This document shows positions 9,947 to 20,254 of a stretch of DNA of 64,000 nt, piece after piece. A model generated the notes under the pieces. The model worked only from the letters and a program-made list of their open reading frames with translations. It did not search any database and was not told the origin of the DNA. Origin of the DNA: an uncultured delta proteobacterium (GTDB lineage: Bacteria; Desulfobacterota; Desulfobacteria; Desulfobacterales; JAHEIW01); contig CAVPNL010000006.1 in NCBI GenBank assembly GCA_963706575.1, positions 864,001-928,000 on the forward strand, in the 5' to 3' direction. Made by a program: the position numbers and the translations under genes. The first letter of the stretch is position 1; every line of letters begins with the position of its first letter.

Positions 9947-10594
9947 TTAGTTAGCAAAAATGTTGTCGAGCCGTTCAAGGTCGTTTATCATGCCCCATTC
10001 ACCGCCGCCTTTTTCCACTTTGCTGCGCCAGTCTTCCACACGAGCCATATATTCTTTCGGGTCGATATTATCGCCGCGCAGCTTGGTTACATTCAAAGCG
10101 ATGACATTATAATCCGGCAGTTGAAAGGGGAGATCGCGCTTGTACCCTTTGGCGAGTTCTTCTTTAAGATCAGAGAAGATTAAGATGTATTTTTTGCCGG
10201 ATTCGGCTTCGTTTAAGTATTCGATTGCCTGCAGAATACCACCCGAGATATCGGTATAGGGGCTACCTTTTACCGATTTGACAAACGTATCGACCTGATT
10301 CATGAAAGCCCGCTTTTGGTTGTTGGACACCGAGGGCCGTTCGTCAAAGGTGATTTTTGAGACGATGTCTTTTTCACTGAAGCTTCCGGTGTCGATGCGG
10401 GCCACGGCCAATGTATCTCCGGGTGCCAGAACACCCAGCAGGTAATTGAGAATTTTCTGGGCTTTTTTCAGCTCCACCGCATAGGTGCCCGAGGTGTCCA
10501 GTAGCATATAGACCCCTGTGGAGCGGCTTTTGTTATCGGTGCAGCCTGCAACCAGTATGCAAAAGACGAGCGCCATTGCAAAAAGTTTTTTCAT
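9947..10594 (-). CDS. VWA-domain lipoprotein
   Basis: LVAGC lipobox; MIDAS-like LLDTSGT, YTDISG, ILIFSD. Confidence 0.8.
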   Translation of the reverse strand: MKKLFAMALVFCILVAGCTDNKSRSTGVYMLLDTSGTYAVELKKAQKILNYLLGVLAPGDTLAVARIDTGSFSEKDIVSKITFDERPSVSNNQKRAFMNQVDTFVKSVKGSPYTDISGGILQAIEYLNEAESGKKYILIFSDLKEELAKGYKRDLPFQLPDYNVIALNVTKLRGDNIDPKEYMARVEDWRSKVEKGGGEWGMINDLERLDNIFAN

Positions 10595-12084
10595 TCCAGC
10601 GGCTCCTTTATTTTCAGGGTTTCCTCAAAGCTGTCGACGGCTTCCTCGACCAGTGATGAATCTTCAGATAGCTCCGCCTCAGGGCTGTCCATCTTTTTGT
10701 CTTTGGATCCCAGAATAATCCCTTCCAGCCAGATGGTCGGGAAAATGGCCAGGTCGTATACATTTACGATAAAGCGCCCGGCGTAAAATCCAACATGGCC
10801 CAGCAGGCGCAGCAAAAAGGCAAACATTCTTAAGAGCCATGCCATCAGTCCGCCCAGTACGGTGCGGGATGAGGACACAAACATTTCCAGCGGAATGGCA
10901 ACAAAAGCCAGGGCGAAGGGCAAAATAAAGCCCATGACCATCTGTCCCACGGTGGGGATGATACTGGTGGTCAAACCGGCTTGTTCGACGCCGGACAGTG
11001 TTTGCCGTAAGGCTTCCATGTCGTGAGCGATGCGGTCCCGCATGAAGGCCAGCGCCGATTCCACACCCGCCAGAATCGCCAGCAGGGTAAAGGTGATGAT
11101 AATCATGCGGTGGCGCATTTTGTCGTCCATGGCGCCGATGATGGGAAACAGCCGTGTAATGCGCAATGATTCCATTAAAAACAGCCCCATGGTCAATTCG
11201 ACCAGAATAATCACCAGACCGGCCACATCGGAGGTTTTGAACGGGCCGATATAGCTGGCGCCGCCGACCATTTCCGACATCGGCAGGGCAATCAGGTTAA
11301 AGTTGATGACGGCCCCTCCGATGGCAATCAGCAGCACCAGAGCAGCGATGGCAAATTGCGTCATGGCCGAGGTCGACAGAGCGCGCGCCGCTTTATCGGA
11401 GCCGGAGCGGATTTTTTCGTACTCGTCCATGTAGCGATCGACTGTTTTGGAGCGCTTTTTAATGTTGGTGATGGATCCGGCGATGCGGTCCAGAGATTTT
11501 TCGATTTTGCGCCAGAACGGCATCATCTTGCTTAAAATTGAATGGCGTGAAGCCGTGGAGTTGCGATAGTCTTCTATCGCTTTTTTGTGCTGATCGGTTA
11601 ACGAACGGTTGATTTCCGCCAGCATATTGGCGACCATCGAATCCCCGGTATGTTTGATTTTAGCAATGGATTCGATAATCGGCATCCAGTTGGGCAACGA
11701 TGGTGGTACATCGGCGCTGCTGGTGAAATCTTCATCCAGCTTGGTGATCATTTCCGACAGCTGGCGGTGAACATTGGGGTAGCCTTCAAGGTCCCGGGTC
11801 ACCGCGGCACCGATACGGTCAAATTCTCGTTCGACGATCCGTTCGGCGTTTTCCAGGCCGGCAGCCATCATCACTTCCCGGTTACGCTTCACCAGTCGTT
11901 TCTCCGCCGAAAGCACAGAGGCCGCCGTAAAGCGCATGGCATTGTAGATGATTTTGCTAAATGACATCACCGCCCGGTGAAACGGTCGGCGCGCAAAATA
12001 AAGCGCGAGCAGAAACAATATAATCCATATTAATATGGATAGTGCCGGACTGCTCGTTATATTCAACATGTTGGCAAATGTCAT
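10591..12084 (-). CDS. Uncharacterised multi-pass membrane protein with a long coiled-coil region
   Basis: N-terminal TM, long helical soluble region, several C-terminal TMs; GGAGG RBS before the ATG at 12084; 4-bp overlap with the VWA gene. Confidence 0.8.
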   Translation of the reverse strand: MTFANMLNITSSPALSILIWIILFLLALYFARRPFHRAVMSFSKIIYNAMRFTAASVLSAEKRLVKRNREVMMAAGLENAERIVEREFDRIGAAVTRDLEGYPNVHRQLSEMITKLDEDFTSSADVPPSLPNWMPIIESIAKIKHTGDSMVANMLAEINRSLTDQHKKAIEDYRNSTASRHSILSKMMPFWRKIEKSLDRIAGSITNIKKRSKTVDRYMDEYEKIRSGSDKAARALSTSAMTQFAIAALVLLIAIGGAVINFNLIALPMSEMVGGASYIGPFKTSDVAGLVIILVELTMGLFLMESLRITRLFPIIGAMDDKMRHRMIIITFTLLAILAGVESALAFMRDRIAHDMEALRQTLSGVEQAGLTTSIIPTVGQMVMGFILPFALAFVAIPLEMFVSSSRTVLGGLMAWLLRMFAFLLRLLGHVGFYAGRFIVNVYDLAIFPTIWLEGIILGSKDKKMDSPEAELSEDSSLVEEAVDSFEETLKIKEPLE

Positions 12085-12385
12085 AGAACCCTCCATTTAA
12101 AATTTTGAATACGGCAAAAGATGAGGACAACATGACCGGGTCAAATGGGGCTATTAGACGGCAGCTTTCGGAAATAAATTTTGTACTATCAGCTTATCAA
12201 AAAACAGGGTCAATTTCAATTTTATGGAGTCCTCAATCAGCTATATATATGATATTATATTAAATAATATTTTTTTGGTTTTAAAATTTCGAGGTTTTCA
12301 ATATAAATGAAAGCCACCTCCCGTTTCCCATGGAAGTGGCTTTCTGATAAAACGTGATTCCGCAGAATCCTCTTTTATTTTTGGC

Positions 12386-12799
12386 TTACTGGGTTATTTC
12401 AAAATTAATCGTTTCCAGCAGATTACCCGATGTGTCCAGGACATCCACCCGCCAGGGGCCAATCTCATGAGATTGAATGGCCTTTGAACTGTATGTTCGC
12501 CAATTGGCGGCCTTGACCGCCAGAGAAACCCGGGCGCGTTCAACATCGCCGTAACTCCAAACGTGAACAACCTCGGTGGGGATTTCGGTACTCACCGCTT
12601 TTGTAAAACAATACAGCCGGGATACCGAATTCGAAAATTGAGTTCCGACATCCACTGCTTCCCGTTGGACGACATCTTTGCAGATGGCGGCGGCAACGAC
12701 TTGAATTTTACTTGCTTCCTGGGCCCCGGCAGCCGGAATCAGCAGGCACAGGGAAATAAGACATGCCAGTACACCTGAAAACGAAACCATTTTTTTCAT
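12386..12799 (-). CDS. DUF2914-family exported protein
   Basis: Signal peptide; LYCFT, HVW, WRTYSSK, GPWRVDV pattern; AGGAGG RBS. Confidence 0.8.
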   Translation of the reverse strand: MKKMVSFSGVLACLISLCLLIPAAGAQEASKIQVVAAAICKDVVQREAVDVGTQFSNSVSRLYCFTKAVSTEIPTEVVHVWSYGDVERARVSLAVKAANWRTYSSKAIQSHEIGPWRVDVLDTSGNLLETINFEITQ

Positions 12800-12979
12800 C
12801 AAACTGTCCTCCTTGCATCCGAATTGATCGATGAACGCTCACTTGCAAGATCACCGTTTTGAATAAACCCAACGATTTAGTATCGGTATAAATTATAGTA
12901 AACTTTAGAAAAATTTCAAAGCCGTTGGTTAAAAAAACCAGAAGCCCTGCGGCGTGATGGCATGGGAATGGGTTTTTTA

Positions 12980-13121
12980 GAACCCATCTCAAAAATAGGA
13001 TTTTGGTTCAAGATCGCGGCAGAGCCGAGTTTAAAACCGGAGGCATACTGTTGTATGTTGAGGATTTTAAACGAGGCTCCAACAAAGATATTGGGCCAAA
13101 AGACATTTTTGAGATGGGTTC
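12980..13121 (+). mobile_element. MITE-like element, copy 2 (142 bp, flanked by TA)
   Basis: TA-GAACCCATCTCAAAAAT ... ATTTTTGAGATGGGTTC-TA, perfect inverted ends. Confidence 0.8.
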
Positions 13122-13229
13122 TAGGCACGGGTGGACACAGCGTATACCGCGGTTGCGGCGCACCTGAGATGGAAGCGCGCCCATGGGGAATAGGGGGTGT
13201 TTGATTTGCGATAGTTGAAGAAAAATTTG

Positions 13230-13754
13230 TTATTCTTTTTGTTTTTTAACATTGCCTTCAAATTGTGAAGGCTGGCTGAAGTATTTATCGGAGTTCGTAT
13301 TTAAGGCCTCCAGCCGGTAGCGGTAATACCCGATACGCACCCGCTTGTTTTTTTGAGATCCGAAATAGTCGAGCGGTTTTTCCTCAAGTTCGGCGATTTT
13401 GGCTTCCAGCCGTTCTCTTTCCGCCGCGATACGTTCCTCCTGGGTGGGTTCCCTGTTTTGTTCTGCCGCTGCCGCCTTTTTTCTATCTTCGGCTGCTTGC
13501 CGTTGCTCTTCTTCGTCAAGGTCTCTGAGAAGCTCGGTCAGCTCTCTATTTTCCGTATCTGTGCGCTGCTGATCGGCATCTGCGTCGTACGGTTCCTCTT
13601 TGAATACCATCTTCACGTCGGCGGCATTTTCGGGCGGCTGGTTGCCGAAATGCTTGACCCCGCTTTCATCGGTCCAGGAATAAATATCCGCGTTTGAAGC
13701 CGGAACCCACAGCAGGATTCCAATAAGGAAAATTAGGGTAATTAGAGATTTCAT
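13230..13754 (-). CDS. DUF4124-domain exported protein
   Basis: Signal peptide followed by DIYSWTDESGVKHFGNQPP. Confidence 0.85.
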   Translation of the reverse strand: MKSLITLIFLIGILLWVPASNADIYSWTDESGVKHFGNQPPENAADVKMVFKEEPYDADADQQRTDTENRELTELLRDLDEEEQRQAAEDRKKAAAAEQNREPTQEERIAAERERLEAKIAELEEKPLDYFGSQKNKRVRIGYYRYRLEALNTNSDKYFSQPSQFEGNVKKQKE

Positions 13755-13826
13755 AAAGCACCTTTCATCGGGGTCAATATAATAATGAAAAATTTCAGTG
13801 TCAATTAAGGCCCAATCTCCGGGCGC

Positions 13827-14378
13827 CTATTCTTTTTGTTCAACAAAAGATCTTAAAATTTCACCCTGTTGTGCCGCAACGCCATCAAATTTCATTCCAA
13901 ATCCCCGCAGGCTGCCCCAGGAGATGGTTCCGGCGAGTTTGAAGGGTTTGCTATGGTTAGGCAATGTAAAATTCAGCTCTACTTTCTGACCGATGGTAAA
14001 TTTTTCATTGGTCTCGATAAACACCCCACCGATGCTGATGTCTAATATGTAGCTCTTAAAGTCTTTGTTCTGGACACGGTAATTGGCATTAATCAGACAC
14101 GGCTTGCGTGGATTTTCCCGCATCGAAGAATCGTTTCCTTCCAGGCTGACGGTTCTTTCGGGCAGTTCAACGGCCGGCATGCCGTCCAATTGCTCCAGCA
14201 AAATGATCTGCTGTTCTTCAGACATATCTATAATTAATTTACACAACCGAGCGGTTACATCATCGCCGATAAGTTGCTTTAAAAGGATCAGTTTTTTGTC
14301 TTTGGGCATGTCGCTGATCAGTTTGAACAGGCGGGCGGTGATGCCATATCTACCTAACTGAAGATCCGTATCCAGCAT
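13827..14378 (-). CDS. PilZ-domain protein
   Basis: RENPR (RxxxR) and DISIGG (DxSxxG) c-di-GMP-binding motifs. Confidence 0.85.
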   Translation of the reverse strand: MLDTDLQLGRYGITARLFKLISDMPKDKKLILLKQLIGDDVTARLCKLIIDMSEEQQIILLEQLDGMPAVELPERTVSLEGNDSSMRENPRKPCLINANYRVQNKDFKSYILDISIGGVFIETNEKFTIGQKVELNFTLPNHSKPFKLAGTISWGSLRGFGMKFDGVAAQQGEILRSFVEQKE

Positions 14379-14578
14379 TTGTTCGCTCCTTTGGGTTAAT
14401 GGCTACGATACGGCTAAAATTTTATTGGTAAACACGGCGGGTGTCAATATTTATTTTTGATTTTAAGCGGTTAGCGGTAGCCAAACCGATAAAACGCGAT
14501 GGTATTAGATGCCATCTTAAAAATGCATTTAACACCCGATGGTGCAGTTTTAAACCTATATAAAGTTCTTACAATAAC

Positions 14579-14748
14579 AAATGAGCTAAAATTAAAAATG
14601 ATCTAAAATGCCTAAAATTATGGTCTCGCTCGCGCAGCGCAGGCGCTTGCGCCGCGTGGCGCTCCTTCTTTTATTATAAATATGACAGAATTCCTCAACT
14701 TTAGGCATTTTAGCTCATTTTAGTCATTTTAGGCACTTCTAACTTTAG
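14579..14748. repeat. Intergenic inverted repeat made of CTAAAATG-like periodic units; homologous, in reverse orientation, to 24969..25093
   Basis: ATGAGCTAAAATT...ATCTAAAATGCCTAAAATT versus ACTTTAGGCATTTTAGCTCATTTTAGTCATTTTAGGCAC. Confidence 0.75.
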
Positions 14749-14818
14749 AGCACCTTTGGAACTTTTTTTATCTGTCTTCGAAGATGAACTGCTAATTGAG
14801 AGATAGCCTATAGTAAGG

Positions 14819-15232
14819 TTAAGGGGCCACAATTTCAAATTCCGTGGTGATTTGAGCCACGCCTCTGACGGTGGTGGCCACCGAGCAGTATTTATCCTGG
14901 GAAAGACGGATAGCCTGCTCAACGGCTTTTTCCGTCAAATCTCTACCGCCCAGCCGATATTTCAGATGGATTTTCCGATAGGTCCAGGGCGGATCCGGGT
15001 CCTGTTCCCCGGTGATGGTGACTTCCAGCAGTGTCAATTTCAAACGTTTTTTCTCTAAAATTTCAACCACATCCACCGATGAACACGAGGCCAGCGCAAC
15101 CAGCAGCATCTGGGAGGGACTGACGCCGATGCCGTTTTTTTGGCCGGATAATACAACCGAGTGGCCGGTTGAATCCACCCCGACAAAGTTTCTTTCATTT
15201 AACCAGTGGACCGTCGCTGTTGCCATTGCCAT
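14819..15232 (-). CDS. OsmC-family protein
   Basis: SPSQMLLVALASCSSVDV and KYCSV motifs. Confidence 0.9.
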   Translation of the reverse strand: MAMATATVHWLNERNFVGVDSTGHSVVLSGQKNGIGVSPSQMLLVALASCSSVDVVEILEKKRLKLTLLEVTITGEQDPDPPWTYRKIHLKYRLGGRDLTEKAVEQAIRLSQDKYCSVATTVRGVAQITTEFEIVAP

Positions 15233-15295
15233 GTCTCCTTTTTTACGCGTTAAGAACTCTATCCTTTAAAACCCAGTTTGCAACGCTTTATATCG

Positions 15296-17005
15296 TCAAA
15301 TACCGTTGATAATTTTTATGATGACCAGTGTGATGTCGTCGGCTGGTGCAACACCCTGCTGAAAACGATGCAAGGCATTCAGGATGGTATCCTGAATTTT
15401 TGCAGCCGAGCGATGCGAATTTTGGCGAATGATATCGTAGGTGGCCTGCCGGCCGAACATTTCATCCATTTGATTGCGGGCTTCCCAAATGCCGTCTGTG
15501 CTCAACAAAATAATCTGACCGGCAGCCAGATCGGCGCGATTATTTTCTGCATACTGCCAGCCGTCATCAATTCCTAAGGCGATACCTTTGCCGCTCAACT
15601 CCTCAAAGCGATCTGTCGCCGGGTCATAGAGCGTTGCGGGTTCATGTCCGGCGCGCACCCAGCCCAGGCTGCGACTGTTCATATCGATTTGAAGGTAGAA
15701 CAGGGTTATGAAGCGGCCGGTATCCTCCACGTCCCGTGTCAGCTGGTGATTGACGTCACCAACAATTTCGGCGATGCCGCCGGACAGCGCCGTGCGCTGC
15801 CGCATAAAAGCACGGGCTGAAGCCATCAGCAGGGCGGATGGGATGCCGTGCTCGGACACATCGCCGATAACAACGCCATATTTTTTTTTATCCGTCCCGG
15901 CGGCATCGAAAAAATCAAAATAATCGCCACCGGTCTCATCACAATAGATGCTTTTGCCAGCAATATCTAACCCGCAAAACCGGGGATCCTTACCGGGCAG
16001 CAGATTTTGCTGCACTTCTTTGGCCAGATCCAGTGATTGGCGCAACCGATAGCGGTCCTTGAGGCCTTCGGTCATCTGATTGAAATTTTCGGCCAGCGCG
16101 CCCAGTTCATCGTTGCTGTTAACCGTTACGGCTGCCGTCAGATCCCCGTTTTCAACTTTGGCCATGGCGGCTTCCATGCGTCGGACCGGATCGACGATAC
16201 CGGTTGAAAACGTGCGGGATAAAATTATGGCCACAGCCAGGGTCACAATCAACAAAAAAGCCGTCAAATATAACAGGCTCTGGATGACTTCTGCCGGATC
16301 CATGACGAGCATCATGCTGGCTTTGTTATACGATAGGACCGCCATCATGATCAGTGGTAAAATGCTGGCTAAAACAAAGATAACGAACATACGACCGCGC
16401 AACTTCAGGCGAAACACCCCCGGGGTTCTGGCCAGGCCGCCTTCAGGGAAAAAGTCAGGCCAGATTTTCTTACATTGGGATTCGGTGGTGAAAAAGATGA
16501 TGGCACAGGTAATGATCCCGGCGATGATGATGCCGATAAAAACTCTTAGCCCCTCAACCAGCCCAACGGTGGCTGATGCGCCCTGGCCGGATTCGGAAAT
16601 CAAGATGTATGCCGTCATCGTAATGGCGGCTAAAAACCAGTTAAAAAGACTCATCAATGCAGAAATATAAGGCAAATCAAGAATTTTGTGCTGCGCTTTT
16701 TTTTGAAGAACCGGGTCAATCTCCTGTTCAAGTCGTTTGAGGTCAGCAAATCGATTCAGATCTTTTTGCCAGTTGTTAAAAAAAACCATCGCAATAATCA
16801 CAAGCCCCACGAACATGATCCCGACGACATAAAACGTGTTTTGAACCTGCTGGGCCGGGAATACCTGATCAAAAAAAACAAAATACGATGTGACAATGCA
16901 GGCTCCGGCAAAGTTGGCAACCATCTGCAGCCAACCGATCGGCCTTCCAAAATAAGACATTATCCGATTTGAATTCCAGTATTTTGATGTTTTGTCTGTC
17001 ATCAT
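15296..17005 (-). CDS. Membrane HAMP + SpoIIE/PP2C-family protein phosphatase
   Basis: Six TM segments, HAMP, TGGDYFD, GDVSEHG, STDGIWE, DDITLV. Confidence 0.9.
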   Translation of the reverse strand: MMTDKTSKYWNSNRIMSYFGRPIGWLQMVANFAGACIVTSYFVFFDQVFPAQQVQNTFYVVGIMFVGLVIIAMVFFNNWQKDLNRFADLKRLEQEIDPVLQKKAQHKILDLPYISALMSLFNWFLAAITMTAYILISESGQGASATVGLVEGLRVFIGIIIAGIITCAIIFFTTESQCKKIWPDFFPEGGLARTPGVFRLKLRGRMFVIFVLASILPLIMMAVLSYNKASMMLVMDPAEVIQSLLYLTAFLLIVTLAVAIILSRTFSTGIVDPVRRMEAAMAKVENGDLTAAVTVNSNDELGALAENFNQMTEGLKDRYRLRQSLDLAKEVQQNLLPGKDPRFCGLDIAGKSIYCDETGGDYFDFFDAAGTDKKKYGVVIGDVSEHGIPSALLMASARAFMRQRTALSGGIAEIVGDVNHQLTRDVEDTGRFITLFYLQIDMNSRSLGWVRAGHEPATLYDPATDRFEELSGKGIALGIDDGWQYAENNRADLAAGQIILLSTDGIWEARNQMDEMFGRQATYDIIRQNSHRSAAKIQDTILNALHRFQQGVAPADDITLVIIKIINGI

Positions 17006-17158
17006 TGCACCTTAAAATTTTAGGTGAAAACATCGATTCGCTAAAATAGTGACTTCAATTTGAATTTCTTTTTGACAGCAAGATTGCTTTTATCTATTAT
17101 TTTCTGGCATATCAGCGCAACAAAATTTTAAACTTCTTCCCAAAAAGGATGATGAACA

Positions 17159-19810
17159 ATGGAGAATTTACACAAAACTGCCTTAAACGATCGCCATGTC
17201 AAACTGGGCGCCAACATGGTGGAATTTGCCGGATGGGAAATGCCGCTGCATTACGAAACCGGCATCATTCAAGAACACCTGATCACTCGTCAGGATGCGG
17301 GACTTTTTGATATTTCGCATATGGGCCGCTTCACTGTGCGCGGCAAAAATGCCCTCGAGTTTTTGCAGCATGTGCTCTCCAACAATGCCGCCGCCCTTGA
17401 GGAAGAAGAGGGCCATTATACGATGATTCCCAATGAAAGCGGCGGGATCATTGACGATGCTTATCTTTACCGCTTTGTTCCCGATGAATACATCCTGGTG
17501 GTCAACGCCTCCAACCGGGAAAAAGATTTTGCTCACCTGGAGGCATTGCGCAAAGAATTCGGTGAGGTGGAGCTAACCGACCGCACCAAAGAGCTGGCTA
17601 TGCTCAGCCTGCAAGGGCCGAAAACGAAAGACATCATGCTTGATATAATTTCCGGCGGTCGGTTGCCCGAACCGATGCGCAACTGTCTGAGCACTGTTCA
17701 AATCAACGGCAGTCCGGTGCTGGTTTCCCGCACCGGTTACACCGGTGAGCCGATTTGCTTTGAGCTTTTTATCGCGAGCAAGGGTGTGGCAGCGATCTGG
17801 GATACGCTGATTGACAAAGGCGTGCGGCCCATCGGACTGGGTGCCAGAGACACGCTGCGGTTGGAGGCCGCTCTGCCGCTTTACGGGCACGAACTTGGAC
17901 TCGATCCCGAGGGTAAGGAAATACCGGCCTATGCCAGCATGCTGTCGCGGTTTGGTGTCAGTCTTTCTCCCCTAAAAGGAGAATATATAGGGCGCGCAGC
18001 GCTGGCAAAACAATTTGAAGCCTTAAAACGAATTGTCGACCAAGACTATTCGTTGATTGCAGACCTTCCTAGGATCATTCAGCCCATCGCGTTAATCGAC
18101 AAGGGTGTTGCCCGGGCCGAAGCCAACGTGTTTCGTGACGATAAGCATGTGGGGTATGTGACCAGCGGGACAATGGTTCCGTTATGGCAAAGCGAAGGTG
18201 TGGGCCTGTCCACCCGGCAAAGTGAAGACAAAGGGCGACGCGCCATCGGTCTGGCCCTTTTAGACAGCGATCTGGTGGAAGGCGATGAAGTGGAAATCGA
18301 GATCCGGGGCAAACGTGCCCGGGCCGTCATCGTGCCCTATCATATGCGGGCTGAAGCCCCGCCCCACACCTGGCCGATCCTTTATGATCAGCTTCGCGAA
18401 GATCGTGAATCGGTCTGTGCGGCTGAAAAAATGGAGCAAAATGTTAAAACGCTGATCGGCAAAGCCATCGACAACCATGCCTGGCGTCAGCAGCAATGTG
18501 TGAATTTGATTCCTTCCGAACAGACGGCCTCACCCCTGGTGCACATGCTTTCCATTACTGACCCTTGCGGCCGTTATGCCGAGCACAAACAGGTCAAAGC
18601 GTTTAAGGAAGCCAATGTCTTTTATTATCAGGGAACCGAATTTATTGGCGAGGTCGAATATCTGCTGACCTGTGAGTTTCAGCGCTTCTTAGAATGCAGC
18701 GAAGTTGAAACCCGGGTCATATCGGGGCAGATGGCCAACATGGCCGTGTTCAGTGCCCTGGTGGATTATTTGAACCGTGCCGACCGCAAAAGCGAACAGC
18801 GCCGTATCCGTAAAGTGATGAACAATCACATTATCAAGGGCGGACATCTCAGCGCCCAGCCCATGGGGGCCCTGCGCGATTTTGTGATGCGGGATCCCAA
18901 ATGGGAAAAAGCGGCGGCGGTCAATTTTCCGGTTTTAGAAGACAACCCGTTTAAGATTGATGTTGAAGCCGCCCGGGAACTGATCGCCGAACACCGCCCG
19001 GAGCTGATGATCCTGGGAAAAAGCATGATCATCCATAAGGAGCCGGTTCAAGAAATGCGCGCCATCATTGATGCGCTTGAGTTGGATTGTGTGCTGATGT
19101 ATGACATGGCCCATGTGCTCGGGCTGGTGGGCCCGTATTTCCAGCAGCCTTTTAAGGAGGGAGCAGACATCGTAACCGGCTCGACCCATAAAACTTTTTA
19201 CGGCACCCAGCGCGGTATTGCCGCCGTAAACTATACCGAAGACGATCTGCAATATGAGTTCTGGGAAGCCATTCAGCGGCGGGCCTTTCCGGGCAGCACC
19301 AGCAACCACCACTTGGGCACCTTGCTGGGCTTGCTGATGGCCGCATACGAAATGAACGCTTTCAAAGAAGATTATCAGAAAAATGTGATGGCCAATGCCA
19401 AAGCCTTTGCTGCAGCCCTAAAAGATTGTGGCCTGGATATCGCCGGCGATCCGGAGATTTCCTTTACCGAAACCCATCAGGTCATCATTAATGTGGGATA
19501 TGCCTGCGCACCTGAAATTGCGCAGCGTTTGGAGGACAACCATATCCTTCTCAACTACCAGGCCGCCCCGGATGAGGAAAGCTTTTCGGCAGCCGGCTCG
19601 CTGCGGACCGGCGTGCAGGAAATGACGCGATTCGGCATGCAAGCAGCGGATTTTGCCGAGCTGGCCCAGCTGATGGCCGACGTAATCCTTAAAAACAAAG
19701 ATGTTAAAAAAGACGTGATGGAGCTGCGCCAACGTTTTCTGGAGATGCAGTATTGTTTTTCCGGTGACGAATTTGATGAGCTGGAGCAGAAGCTTCATCA
19801 ACTCATTTAA
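17159..19810 (+). CDS. gcvT-glyA: Fusion of glycine cleavage T protein (aminomethyltransferase) and serine hydroxymethyltransferase
   Basis: N-half GLFDISHMG, RTGYTGE, GLGARDTLRLEA; C-half NLIPSE, YDMAHVLGL, GSTHKTF (PLP lysine), FPG..SNHH; single 883-aa ORF. Confidence 0.9.
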   Translation: MENLHKTALNDRHVKLGANMVEFAGWEMPLHYETGIIQEHLITRQDAGLFDISHMGRFTVRGKNALEFLQHVLSNNAAALEEEEGHYTMIPNESGGIIDDAYLYRFVPDEYILVVNASNREKDFAHLEALRKEFGEVELTDRTKELAMLSLQGPKTKDIMLDIISGGRLPEPMRNCLSTVQINGSPVLVSRTGYTGEPICFELFIASKGVAAIWDTLIDKGVRPIGLGARDTLRLEAALPLYGHELGLDPEGKEIPAYASMLSRFGVSLSPLKGEYIGRAALAKQFEALKRIVDQDYSLIADLPRIIQPIALIDKGVARAEANVFRDDKHVGYVTSGTMVPLWQSEGVGLSTRQSEDKGRRAIGLALLDSDLVEGDEVEIEIRGKRARAVIVPYHMRAEAPPHTWPILYDQLREDRESVCAAEKMEQNVKTLIGKAIDNHAWRQQQCVNLIPSEQTASPLVHMLSITDPCGRYAEHKQVKAFKEANVFYYQGTEFIGEVEYLLTCEFQRFLECSEVETRVISGQMANMAVFSALVDYLNRADRKSEQRRIRKVMNNHIIKGGHLSAQPMGALRDFVMRDPKWEKAAAVNFPVLEDNPFKIDVEAARELIAEHRPELMILGKSMIIHKEPVQEMRAIIDALELDCVLMYDMAHVLGLVGPYFQQPFKEGADIVTGSTHKTFYGTQRGIAAVNYTEDDLQYEFWEAIQRRAFPGSTSNHHLGTLLGLLMAAYEMNAFKEDYQKNVMANAKAFAAALKDCGLDIAGDPEISFTETHQVIINVGYACAPEIAQRLEDNHILLNYQAAPDEESFSAAGSLRTGVQEMTRFGMQAADFAELAQLMADVILKNKDVKKDVMELRQRFLEMQYCFSGDEFDELEQKLHQLI

Positions 19811-19931
19811 TGCTGATAGGTTGAGTCCGTCTGTCCGGGAAAAATAAAATTAGATATTTTTATGTTTACCGACTCAACGGGCATAACGAGCTCAACCTGC
19901 CCAACCGATTAAACCGGCAAGGAGGACAGCC

Positions 19932-20171
19932 ATGGGTGACATCCGAATGACCGGGGAAATCCGTACGGATTATGATTGTGAAAGCAGCGGCTTGCCGGCC
20001 GAACGCTGGGCCGAGGCCGTGTTTAAAATTGGGGATGAAGAGGTGGTTTTGGAAATCAGCGTCGAAAAAGACGTTGTTGTTGCAATTATGGTTGGAGAAA
20101 ATGCAGCCTGGCGGGGCACGCTAAAAGGGTTCAAGCAGTTTCTCAGAGGCGAATTAAAATCGGATGCTTGA
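19932..20171 (+). CDS. Small hypothetical protein
   Basis: 79-aa ORF with an AGGAGG RBS, same strand as gcvT-glyA. Confidence 0.65.
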   Translation: MGDIRMTGEIRTDYDCESSGLPAERWAEAVFKIGDEEVVLEISVEKDVVVAIMVGENAAWRGTLKGFKQFLRGELKSDA

Positions 20172-20254
20172 GCGATCCCGAGTATTGTTAGCCGGATGGC
20201 CACACAGGGCCACTGCCAAAACCCGCGCCCGCCCGAGCGCTTTCACGGTGCGCC

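Noticed and set aside
12916..13204. Short ORFs over the repeat elements (also 14710..14922, 25064..25261, 31041..31280, 50191..50445)
   Set aside because: Translations of non-coding repeats; none resembles a transposase
17006..17158. Glycine riboswitch upstream of gcvT-glyA
   Set aside because: Short AT-rich region lacking the GGAGA/CCGAAG/CTCTCAGG elements
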